NCBI RefSeq assembly: GCF_963921235.1
Contig: NC_086108.1
Span: 78,680,001-78,744,000, forward strand
Reading direction: 5' to 3'
From: Mobula hypostoma
Lineage: Eukaryota
Length of the DNA stretch: 64,000 nucleotides
The notes below the pieces were generated by a model. The model ran no database searches. It saw only the letters and a list, made by a program, of their open reading frames with translations, and was not told where the DNA came from. Position numbers and translations under genes: made by a program. Every line of letters starts with the position of its first letter. Position 1 is the stretch's first letter. This document shows positions 37,119 through 48,630 of the stretch, piece after piece.

Positions 37119-38656
37119 TTCTAAAGACTTCCCAAATTTTTGCAGCAGGTGTCACGCCACTTGAATCTGGCTATTTCATAGGTTACATCTTATGAATGTG
37201 CTTTATCGGCTAGTCTGAGTATGAGACGACCGCAACTTATTTTTAAATTTGTCTTTGTTCTTTTTTCTTATAAGGAAGTGTTTGTTCTACCAATTACAAC
37301 AGAAGATAGAAAATGCATGCCAAAAAAGCAATGTTACAATAGACAGGGAAGATTTCAATATCGCATAGTTGGGGAAATCAGGTTGGTGTTGGATCACATG
37401 AGTTGGAATTTCTAGAGTGCCTACAAGATGGATTTTTAAAGCAGCTTGTGGTTGAGCCCACTAGGGCATCAGCTACTCTGGATCGGGTGTCATGCAATGA
37501 ACCAGAATTGATTAGACCGCTTAATGATAATGAACCCTTAGGGGCAAGTGATCATAATATGATCAAATTCCCCCTAAAATTTCAGAAGGAGAAATAAAGT
37601 CAGATGTAGCAATATTAGAGTGGAGTAAAGGTAATTACAGAGGCATGAGAGAGGAGTTGGCCAGAATTGATTGGAAAAGAACACTGGCAGGGATGACAGC
37701 AGAACAGCAATGGCTGGAATTTCTGGAAGCATTTCGAAGGCACAGGATATAAACATCACAAAGATGAAGTACTCCTCTAAAGAAAAGATGATACAATCAT
37801 GGCTACAGAAAGAAGTCAAAGCCAACATAAATGCCAAAGAGAGGACATATAATAGAGCAAGAATTAATGGGAAGTTAGAGGATTGGGAAGCTTTTAAAAA
37901 CCAACAGAAGGCAACTAAAAAAGTCATTAAGAAGGTGATGATGGAATACTAAAGCAAGCTAACCAATAATTTTTAAAGAGGATACCAAAAGTTTCCTCAG
38001 ATACATAAAGTGTAAAAGAGAGGTGAAAGCGGATATCAGACCAATGGAAAACAGGGCTGGAGAGGTAGTAATGGGGGACAAGTAAATGGCGAATGAACTG
38101 AATAAGTATTTTGTATCAGTCTTCACTGTGAACACCACCAGCAGTATGGTGGAAGTTCCAGGTGGCAGGGGTCAGAAATATGTGAAGTTACCATTACTAG
38201 GAAGAAGGTTCTTGGGAAACTGAAAGGTCTGAAAGTAAACGTCACCTGGACCAGATGGTGTACACCCCATGGTTTTGAAAGAGGTGGCTAAAAAGATCAC
38301 GGAGGCTAATGATCTTTCAAGAATCAGTAGATTCTGGAATGCTTCCGGAAGACTGGAAAATTACAAATGTCACTTCTTCAAGAGTGACGAGAAGCAGAAG
38401 AAGGGAAATTACAGGCCAGGTAGTCTAACACCAATGGTTGGGAAGATGTTGGAGACAATTAATAAGGATGTTAAATATTCCAGAATGGATAAAGCAGTGG
38501 CTGATTGGAACGAGGCAAAGAGTAGGAATAAAGGGATGTGGTTTCAGGGTACTTGGAGACACATAATAAAATAGGCCATAGGCAGCATGGTTTCCTCAAG
38601 GGAAAATCTTCCTGACAAATCTATTGGAATTCTTCGAAGAAATAATAGGCAGGATA

Positions 38657-40146
38657 CAGGTTTCCCCCGCCATCCGAAGGTACAGCATTCCTATGAAAGG
38701 TTCATAAGCCGGAAGGTCGTAAAGCGAAGAAGCAATTACCATTTATTTATATGGGAAAAATTGGTGAGCGTCCGCAGACCCAAAAATAACCTACCAAATC
38801 ATGCTAAATAACACATAAAACCTAAAATAACGGTGACATATAGTAAAATCAGGCTATATAAAGTAGAAATACTTCTGTACAATCATTGCCTGCACCGTTC
38901 TCTGTAGCGAAAATCTCACACAAGCGCTCTTGGCAAAAACATGGCACAAGCACTCTCCAGTAACCTTTAAGCTATGAAGCTGCCAAATCATAACACCTAA
39001 AAATACACAGCCGATATAAAGTAGAAATAATGTATGTCAGTGTAGTATCATTTAGGGGAATCGGGAAGACATCGAGCACACTGATGATGGTGTGTTAGGC
39101 TGAGTCGTCAGAGGGTGGGGTGGTGCAGTGGCCCCCGCCCTCCGGGCCGCCGACCGATACCGATCTGCAAAGAATGCAGCACATCTTTAAGAAAAAAGCT
39201 GAAATAAACAAGCAAATTAATTAGGTGCCACCCAGCACGTAAATGTCAGCCCAGATCAGAGGCGACACAATCGGCAATCGCCTCTGATCTGGGCCTACAC
39301 TTACATGCCGGGCGGCACCTAATTAATTAGCTTGCTTATTTCGACTTTTTTCTTAAAGATGTGCTGGGTGCATCCCAGCTACCGCTGCATTCTCCGGGAA
39401 TCGGAATCTGTCCGCGGCCCGGGGGTTGGGGTGGTGGGACACTGGGGTGTCATCTCATCGTCCATTTCCATCAGGGCAGCCAGGTCATCTTCTTCTATGT
39501 CTGCCTGCCTCGATGTCAAAGGTCGAGGTTCGTCGTCTGCTGAAGGCTTGCTTGACTGCTAGCCTCGCGCATTTTTCTATCATACAGTTCTTTGTAAGCA
39601 CTCAAACCATCTTGCAAATATGCCCTAAATCGACATACCCTTTCAAAATTAAAGCCGTACTTTTTTATTGCAGCGAAAATCTCACGCAGTTGCTTCATGT
39701 TCAGTTCCTGGACGACTTCACTTTCAGTCCATTCGCTACTGCATTCGGTTTCGATTGTTATCCTTTCCTCTTCCAATCGCATCAGCTCTTCATCAGTTCT
39801 TGGTCATGGGATGCTAAAACCTCTTCAACATCATCTCCGTCAACTTCCACAAGCCAAACTCACTTTGTCCTTGCTTCGTTCACCGCGATCGAAACGCTTA
39901 ATTATGTCTAGTTTTACGCTAAGTGTAACATCCTTACAAGCTGTTCTAGAGTTTTCCGATACCTTAAAACTCATCTTGCTGACGGATGTTCACAGGCACG
40001 TGTTTAAGCAATGCTGGCTAGAATGCAGTTCCGAATCCGGGGGAGGAGCAGCTGCTCGTGGCGTGCGCTACTTTTTTTCGCGCGCTGCCTTTTTTCGTAA
40101 CAGTGAGGTTTCGTAAAGCAAACATTCGAAAAGCAGGGGACACCTG
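38657..40146 (-). mobile_element. Internally deleted Tigger/pogo-type DNA transposon
   Basis: Termini CAGGT(T/G)TCCCC with TA TSD (38655-38656, 40147-40148). The minus strand retains the HTH start VTLSVKLDIIKRFDRGE fused to the C-terminal EEVLASHDQEL...YKELYDRK. The DDE core is missing. Confidence 0.88.
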
Positions 40147-41431
40147 TATGCAATGGAGAATCGGTTGATATTGTGTACCTGGGTTTTCAGAAGGCCTTTG
40201 ACAAGGTGCCATACATAAGGCTGCTTAATAAGAGCCCGTGGTATTACAGAAAAGATACTAGCATGGATAAAGCAGTGACTGATTGGCAGGATACAAAGAG
40301 TGGGAATAAACGGAGACCTTTCTGTTGGCTGCCGGAGACTAGTAATGTTTCACAGGGTCCTGTGTTGGGACTGTTTCTTTTTATGTTATACGTCAATGAC
40401 TTAGATGACAGAATTGATGGCTTTGTTGCAAAGTTTACAGATAATATGAAGATAGCTGGAGGGGGCAGGTAGATTTGAGGAAGTGGAGAGGCTATAGGGG
40501 GACATACAGATTAGGAGATCGGGCAAAGAACTGGCAGATGGAATACAGTATCAGGAAGTATATGGTAATGCACTTTGGTAGAAGAAATAAAAGTGTAGAC
40601 TATTTTCTAAATGGAGATGAAATTCAAAAATCTGAGGCACAGAGGGACTTGGGAGTTATTGTGCAGGATTCTCCAAAGGTTAATTTGCAGGTTGAGTCGG
40701 TGATGAAGAGGCAAATGCAACATTAGCATTCATTTCAAGAGGACTAGAATATAAAAGCAAGGATGTAATGTTGAGACTTTATAAAGCACTGCTGTGGCCT
40801 CACTTGGAGTATCGTGAGCAGTTTTTGGGCCTTATCTTAGAAAGGATGTGCTGACACTACAGAGGGTTCAAAGGAGGTTCGTAAAAATGATTCGAAGATT
40901 GAACGGCTGGTTATGTGAAAAGTGTTTAGTGGCTCTGGACCTATATTCGCTGGAATTCAAAAGAATGACGGGTGACCTCATTGAAACCCATCAAATGTTT
41001 TTTTAATATAATTTTTATCGAGTTTTCAAAGTGAACACATGAAAAAATAAAATCTACCCTCCCCCTCCCCCCCCGATATATACTCCTACCTAAAGAGAAA
41101 AGAAAAAAAAGAACAGCCTGAATATTGGAAGGTTTGCACATGCTCCATGGGATTAAAAATAAATTTAATATATATTTGTTACTTTCCCCAAGGAACCAAG
41201 ATCTTTATCATTGGAGCTGTAAATAAGGGCTCCAAATATTCAAAAATGTTTCATATTTATCTCTTAAAATCTAAAACATTACTTAGCTTCTCAACTCTCA
41301 TAGTTCCCAGGGGAATCTCTTTGAACTTCACCATGTTGCGATGTGTTTCCCTCCCAATCATCCAGGCAAAAAGAAAAAAAAGATAGATAAGATACAAAAA
41401 GAGAAAAAACAAAATACCCCCCACTGATGTT

Positions 41432-42822
41432 AGAAACATAGAAACATAGAAAATAGGTGCAGGAGTAGGCCATTCGGCCCTTCAAGCCTGCACCGCCATT
41501 CAGTATGATCATGGCTGATCATAACCAACTCAGAACCCTGCACCAGCCTTCCCTCCATACCCCCTGATCCCTTTAGCCACAAGGGCCATATCTAACTGCC
41601 TCTTAAATATAGCCAGTAAACTGGCCTCAACTGTTTCCTGTGGCAGAGAATGCCACAGATTCACCACTCTCTGTGTGAAGAAGTTTTTCCTAATCTCGTT
41701 CCTAAAAGGCTTCCCCTTTATCCTCAAACTGTGACCCCTCGTTCTGGACTTCCCCAACATCGGGAACAATCTTCCTGCATCTAGTCTGTCCAATCCCTTT
41801 AGGATTTTATATGTTTCAATCAGATCCCCCCTCAATTTTCCAAATTCCAACAAGTATAAGCCTAGTTCATCCAGTCTTTCATCATATAAAAGTCCTGCCA
41901 TCCCAGGAATCAATCTGGTGAACCTTCTTTGTACTCCCTCTACGGCAAGGATGTCTTTCCTCAGATTAGGGGACCAAAACTGCACACAATACTCCAGGTA
42001 TGGTCTCACCAAGGCCTTGTACAACTGCAGTAGTACCTCCCTGCTCCTGTACTCGAATCCTCTTGCTATACATGCCAGCATACCATTCGCCTTTTTCATC
42101 GCCTGCTGTACCTGCATGCCCACTTTCAATGACTGGTGTATAATGACACCCAGGTCTCGTTGCACCTCCCCTTTTCCTAATCGGCCACCATTCAGATAAT
42201 AATCTGTTTTCCTGTTCTTGCCACCAAAGTGGATAACCTCACATTTATCCACATTAAATTGCATCTGCCATGAATTTGCCCACTCACCTAACCTATCCAA
42301 GTCACCAAAAGGCTTTTGACAAGGTCCCACACAGGAGATTAGTGTGCAAACTTAAAGCACACGGTATTGGGGATATGGTATTGATGTGGATAGAGAGTTG
42401 GTTGGCAGACAGGAAGCAAAGAGTGGGAATAAACGGGACCTTTTCAGAATGGCAGGCAGTGACTAGTGGGGTACCGCAAGGCTCAGTGCTGGGACCCCAG
42501 TTCTTTACAATATATATTAATGACTTGGATGAGGGAATTAAATGCAGCATCTCCAAGTTTGCGGATGACACGAAGCTGGGCGGCAGTGTTAGCTGTGAGG
42601 AGGATGCTAAGAGGATGCAGGGTGACTTGGATAGGTTAGGTGAGTGGGCAAATTCATGGCAGATGCAATTTAATGTGGATAAATGTGAAGTTATCCACTT
42701 TGGTGGCAAAAACAGGAAAACAGATTATTATCTGAATGGTGGCCAATTAGGAGAAGGGGAGGTGCAACGAGACCTGGGTGTCATTATACACCAGTCATTG
42801 AAAGTGGGCATGCAGGTACAGC
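41432..42822. mobile_element. Young CR1 with 5' inversion
   Basis: Minus arm 41432-42306 (3' tail, open ORF2 C-terminus) and plus arm ~42305-42822 (QKAFDKVPH...GVPQGSVLGP...KFADDTK). 5-bp TSD ATGTT at 41427-41431 and 42823-42827. Confidence 0.92.
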
Positions 42823-42949
42823 ATGTTGTGAATGAAAAGATACACAACACTACCCCCCTCCATTGTGCAGGTTGTGGCTATTGCCATGCTTGCACACATA
42901 ACGTAGCAATTGGTCAGTGTTTCTTCCAGCTCCCCCGTAACAAAAAATT

Positions 42950-42954
42950 GTATG

Positions 42955-42997
<43 letters not shown>
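42950..42997. repeat. (TA)n microsatellite
   Basis: Directly visible. Confidence 0.95.
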
Positions 42998-43003
<6 letters not shown>

Positions 43004-45190
43004 AAATTAATATCATTATTCCCAGCTAATATTCCTCAAATTTTAACCTTTCTACCCCTCCCTTATATAATTAATAATATAGTTATATATTCATCCGCCT
43101 AAAAATCCAACAGGCCTAATCCTTGATCCAGTCTTCATCTTCAATCCATCTCGTTCCCCTGGGTTTGTTCTTGTATCTGGTGAATATTCAAAGAATCTCA
43201 CACAAACTTCTCCGCTTTCTGGTAATCGTCAAAAAATCTTTTTTCTCCACCAGGTAAAAAAGTCTTCAAGGTTGCAGGATAACGCGATATAAATTGATAA
43301 CCATGATCCCATAGGGCTTTTTTCACTGGAATAAATTTCTTCCTTCTCTTCAAAAGTTCATAACTTATGTCAGGAGAAAAAAATTTTCTTCCCTTCTTTC
43401 ATCAGTGGCCCTTTTCTCTTCTTGGCAGCTTGGGCAGCCGCCTGTAGAATCCTTTCTTTGTCTTGAAATCTTAAGAATTTTATTAAAATTGATCGTGGAT
43501 ATTGGTCATCTTGTGGTTTTGGTCTTAGAGCTCTATGTACCCGCTCAATTTCAATTGATCAGTCTTCCTCTTTCATTTGCAAGGTTTTCGGGATCCATCT
43601 TTGAAAAACTTCCATTGGATTATCTCCCTCTATACCTTCTTTAAGACCAACAATTTTAATATTATTACGTCTACTAAAATTTTCCAACACGTCCACTTTC
43701 TCCAAGAGTCGATTTCTTTCTGTGTTCCAGACAATCACATCATTTTCTGTTTTTTCCAGTCTATCGTTAATATGCTCCATTGTTCTTTCCATCTTCTGAA
43801 GTTTCTTATCCATTTTATCCTGTCTTTTCATAGCTTTATCATAGCACATCTTCACGTCTCTAAGCTCTGTTCTTAATTTTCTTAGTTCAGCCGTTAATTG
43901 CAATAAAGCCCCTCTTATGTCTCCGTCGTCTCCTTTACTTCCAGTCTCTTCCACTTCTTCCTCCTCTTCTTCATCTGTATTCTCTGCGATATCCAATTCT
44001 GACTCTGAGTCGTTTTCAGTTGCAGTGGCCGTCGGTTCTTGTAGTTTAAGTTGTGTCGATTTGCGCATGCGTACTTCTTCGCGCATGTGCAATTCCGGCA
44101 TCTTTTTCTGAAAGACAGCTACCGCCGCCATTGCTCCGTTCTTCTACGCCAGAGATAAAATACGTCTCCTCCGAAGGAGATCCAACCTGAATCCGAGGCT
44201 CCATCGCTGCAGTAGGCCCTTTTTTCTTCCCATCTCGTGGCGACTTCACAACAACAGACTTCTTCTGTTGCGGTTTACGAGGCATATCGTAGAGTAGTTT
44301 TACGAAGTTTGTAAGTAGTTTTCAGAAAGTATTTATTAACTTTACTTTGTTTAAACGGTACTTTGCTGATTTTTTATGGGAGAGCTGGATTTACACGTCT
44401 CAATCCCACGTCATCACGTGACGCCCTATCAAATGTTGAAAGGCCTTGACATGGTGGATGTGGAGAGGATATTTCCTCTGGTGAGAGAGTATAGGACCAG
44501 ATGACACAGCCTCAGAATAGAGGGACATCCTTTTAGAATGGGATGAGAAGAGATTTCTTTAGCTAGAGATTGGTGAATCTGTGGAATTCGTTGCCACAGG
44601 CAGCTGTGGAGGCACAGTCTTTACATATATTACAGCAGAGATTGATTGATTCTTGTTTGGTCAGGGCATGAATGGACATGGTGAGAAGGCGGGAAAGTGG
44701 GGCTGAGAAGGAAAATTGATCAGCCATGATGAAATGGCAGAACAGACTTGATGGGGCAAGTGGCCTAATTCTGCTCATATATCTTGTGGTCTTGTAACAC
44801 TTAATAAAATGGTGGTAACCACCAAGTTTTATGCCTAATTCCTGACGTCCGAAGAACTTCTGAATAAATATCAACAACTCTAACACTTGGAAATCTCAAA
44901 ACACCTTGATTTCCATATAAATTGCCATTTTTCACCAAGGTTGAGTCATAGAATTCTCTCCCTATCAGTACTGTGGGAATACATTTACCACCTGAACTGC
45001 AATTTGAGAAGGTAGCATTTACCTAATAGAATAATCAATAAATATTAGCTCTGACCACAATGCCACAACTTTTACGTGATTTTAAAAAGACATTAACCAG
45101 TTGGGAAATTAAAGGGTCATACATGCTTTAACTGCAAGGAATTTGGAATAACCAAGTTTAGCTGAAAGAATAAAGGCTTTGAAGAAGGAG

Positions 45191-45777
45191 TGAAGAACTG
45201 AGGATATAAAAATCATTTTGAACCTATGTAACCTCTGGCTGAAAGAATAATTGGGACTGAATAGGAATTTTTGAACTGAAGTAAACTCTGTCTCCAGCAG
45301 TTAGCTAAAAACCGGCTTATACTAGTTCTCCCTTGGTTTGCAGAGAGACATTGAGAATTTGATAACATTGTACACTGTACCCTTGTTTGAGTAGGGGGAG
45401 GAAGACTCACTGATATCCGTCTGTAATTAAGTCAGGGCCTAGCAAAGGGAATAACTGATAAGGACTGGACAGTACATCCATCTGTAATTAAACCTTCATT
45501 TAGTGGACTTTCTTATGTAAGTAATTAAGTTTTGCACCAACAGACTTGGTGGGCATACCAGTTCAAATAACATCTTGCAACAGTAATGTAAGGGGCTTAC
45601 GATGTATAAATATACGGCTGTAACCTGACTAAGTGGGCCCACTTGTTGGATGGTGGCAGTACTTACGTGCCTTCCCTTCGACAACTGGGTCTCAAGCTCC
45701 TGCAGGAGGGTGCGCAATAAACTGTTGTAACTATAAGAAGCTGGTCTCCCGAGTTTTATTCAGATTCTACTTTAACA
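45191..45777 (+). mobile_element. Solo LTR, ERV-like (587 bp)
   Basis: TGAAG...TTTAACA termini with 4-bp TSD GGAG (45187-45190, 45778-45781). TATAAATA at ~45605 and AATAAA at ~45716, in U3-R-U5 order. Confidence 0.72.
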
Positions 45778-46166
45778 GGAGTACAATGGTTCGCTTGGTT
45801 GATTCCCGGGCTCTTGTATAAAGAAACAAGAATGAATGAGGGATTCTCCCCACAGCTGGAAGACAGAGAAAAGATCTTTTTGCAATGCACAACATGAATA
45901 GAGGCATGTAGAGACCACAAATAGGTGAGCTCCCAAAAGGGAAGGGGGTTAGTTTTAAAGGCTAACAGAAGGACAAATCTTTCCACATGGATATCCATGA
46001 ACTTCAGAAATTCTTTTACTCAAAATGATATGTTTTTTCTTCCAAAGGATATATTCTAGACTGATCAGGTTATTTTCATTTCAGGAATTTAAGGGATATA
46101 GATCTAGGTTGACAGAATGGAGATGATGTAAATATTATTAAAATAAAACGAGGCAAATGCTGCTCC

Positions 46167-46370
46167 GGTCGCTTATGTAGTGGCACCTGCACCAGACTTC
46201 GAGGCCAGTGGTCCTGTGAGTCCGGCCAGTTCTTTTCACACTTTCTATTTGTGCTGGGCTGAGCATCGAGCTAGCAGCTCGGCTTCGTAAAAAAACAGAC
46301 AAAAGAATACTAAAGAAATGGCGACGTTAATACCCGATGCACCACAAGGCGCAGAAAGGAACAACAGTTT
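46167..46370 (+). mobile_element. tRNA-headed SINE with RTE-like body and tail
   Basis: Head GGTCGCTTATGTAGTGG...GAGTCCGGCC; body GGGCTGAGCATCGAGCTAGCAGCTCGGCTTCGTAAAAA; tail CGATGCACCACAAGGCGCAGAAAGGAACAACA. Flanking direct repeat CTGCTCC. Confidence 0.55.
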
Positions 46371-47077
46371 CTGCTCCATAAAATATTTTCTTCAGAAGTA
46401 AAGAGAGATCTGGATGCATAAATATCCTCAGTCATTTGTGCTAAATTCCTCAAACAGAAGTGGTAACATATTGTAATTAAATTGCAAAAATTTGGTTTCA
46501 CTGATTCCAATATTTCAAATGTTCTTCCAATTCCATTTAAGTCAGTGAATAAACTTGGATATGTTACACTACTTGGTGTGTGTTGCTCATGTGAACTCCG
46601 ATGAATATTTGGAGGAAAGAGTTATTCAGATTATGTTTTATTTGTGTCCACTTTTGTCTTCAATTTATGATTTTGGCTTATACCCACCCTCAAATAGCTC
46701 TGATAGTATGATAATACCAAAAGAAATCTTAGCTGTCACCTCCAGGATTGCACATTGTCCCAGAAATGATTCCACACCACAAATAACTCCTTATGGTTTT
46801 TTTTTTCATTTTTACTTTAGTCAGCACCTTCTCTGTAGTCTTGAGAAAAGAATGCATTGCTCCGTGATCACACAGTTATGTCTACTGATCAACATATGAC
46901 CATAACATCCATAGCTTTTTCACATATAGATATTCACATCTGAATATTATAAATCTTAGATTCATTGAGAAATAACACAGAAACAGGGTCTTTGGCCCAT
47001 GCTGACTATCGGGCATTCATTTTTAGACTAATCCTTCTCTAACCTATTTTGCTCTCCAGAGATTTTGGCACTGGAAA

Positions 47078-47970
47078 CTTCAAAGTTCAGCGCACATTTT
47101 ATTATTGAAGTACATATACGTCACCATATACAACCCTGAGATTCATTTTCTAGTGGACATATCCAATAAATCTATATAATAATAACCATACCAGAATCAA
47201 TGAAAGACCACCCAACTAGGGCATTGAACCAGAGTGCAAAAGACAACAAACTGTGTAAATACAAAAAGAATAAATAATAATAATTAACAAATAAGCAATC
47301 TGTATCAAGAACATGAGATGAAGAGTCCTTGAAAGTGAATGCAATTGGTTGTGGGAACATTTCAATGTTGGGGCAAGTGAAGTTGAGTGAAGGTATCCCC
47401 TTTGCTTCAAGAGTCTGATGGTTGAGGGGTAGTAACTGTTCCTGAACCCGGTGGTGCATGTCCTGAGGCTCTTGTACCTTCTTCCTGATGGCAGCAGTGA
47501 GAAGAGAGCATGGACTGAGTGGTGGTGGGTGGCCCCGATGATGGATACTGCTTTCCTACAATAGTGTTTCACATAGATGTGCTCATTGTTTGGGAGGGCT
47601 TTACCTGTGAGGAACCGAGCCATATCCACTACTTTTTGTAGGATTCTCCATTCAAGGGCATTGGAGATTCCATATCAGGCTATGATGCAGCCAGTCAATA
47701 TACTCTCCACCACACACCTATCAAAGTCTGTCCAAGTTTTAGATATCATGGTGAATCTCTGCAAATTCCTGAGGAAGTAGAGGTGCTGCTGTGCTTTCTT
47801 CATAATTGCACTTAAGTGCTAGGCCCAGGACAGGTCCTTTGAAATAATAACAACTAGGAACTTGAAGTTGCTAACCCTCTCCTCCTCTGATCCTCTGATG
47901 AGGACTGGTTCATGGATCTCAGATTTCCTCCTCCTGAGGTCTATAATCTGCTCCTTGGTCTTGCTAACTT
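47078..47970 (-). mobile_element. Rex1-like LINE 3' fragment
   Basis: KTKEQIIDLRR...VSNFKFL and HALFSLLPSGRRYKSLRTCTTGFRNSYYPSTIRLL. Confidence 0.88.
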
Positions 47971-48339
47971 GCATGCTAAACTTCAAGCAGCCCAACCTGT
48001 CACACATGTCACTGAGGTAAGCTATTCAGAAAGATACAAGTACTTGCTGGATTTACACACATAAATGGCCCCAAAAGGAACTGAGTTTTCTAGATAATTT
48101 GGAGCATTTCAGAGTGGGATTTCAGCAGGGTTTAAAAAAATCATTTTCTCTGGCATTCCTTAGGTTTGAGAACTGCATTCAGAACTCGAATTCTGAGAAG
48201 GGTTAGATGCTTCTGCCAAAACAACTTGACTGCTTGAGGTCCCTGACTGTAATTCATTTGTTCTTTTGTTTCTCAATTAGTATAAACTTCATTCCTTTTC
48301 CAGTATCTGTTTTTCCAGACTTCACAATTTTATTTTTCT

Positions 48340-48630
48340 TGAACTTTACTTCCTGTTCTAATCTCCTTCCCTACTTTTCTGTTTTAATTTTCTCTAATTT
48401 GTATCTTAATCTTCTCTACTTTCTGTTTTAATTACCTTCCCTACTTAGTGTTGTAATCTCCTTCTCTACTTTGTGTCTTAATCTCCCTCTCTACCTTCTG
48501 TCTTAAACTTTTTTCTCGACTTTTTTCTTAACTTTCTTTCTTTACTCTCTTTTAAAATTTGTTTATCTGGGTACTACCTTGATGGCTTATCCGTTTTCTA
48601 TCTTACTATATTTCTCTACTTTCTTTAATC
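48340..48630. repeat. Degenerate pyrimidine-rich minisatellite, ~25-bp unit TAATCTCCTTCTCTACTTTCTGTCT
   Basis: About 8 imperfect iterations visible. Confidence 0.65.

Larger units (their letters stand above)
41000..44424 (-). mobile_element. L1-clade element with 5' end, ORF1 and 3' end but almost no ORF2 (half-L1-like)
   Basis: TSD CC(C/T)ATCAAATGTT at 40987-40999 and 44425-44437. A-rich tail at 41000. Frameshifted ORF1 at ~43130-44285 with coiled coil, LENFSRRNNIKIVGLKEG and PDISYELL.RRK.F..VK..L...G...RYPA.L. Only RDKYETFLNIWSPYLQ (~41218-41266) looks like ORF2. Confidence 0.85.
37280..44800 (+). mobile_element. Long decayed CR1 LINE (endonuclease-RT-3' UTR) hosting Tigger and L1 insertions
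   Basis: EN motifs EFLECLQDGFLKQLVVEPTR...LGASDHNMI; RT motifs GNYRP.SLT, YLGFQKAFDKVP, QGPVLG and KFTDN. Resumes after 44424 and ends at the CR1 tail near 44795. Confidence 0.9.

Noticed and set aside
43559..44131. 190-aa acidic coiled-coil ORF as a host gene
   Set aside because: Contains the L1 ORF1 motif LENFSRRNNIKIVGL, is frameshifted at both ends, and lies within a TSD-flanked element.
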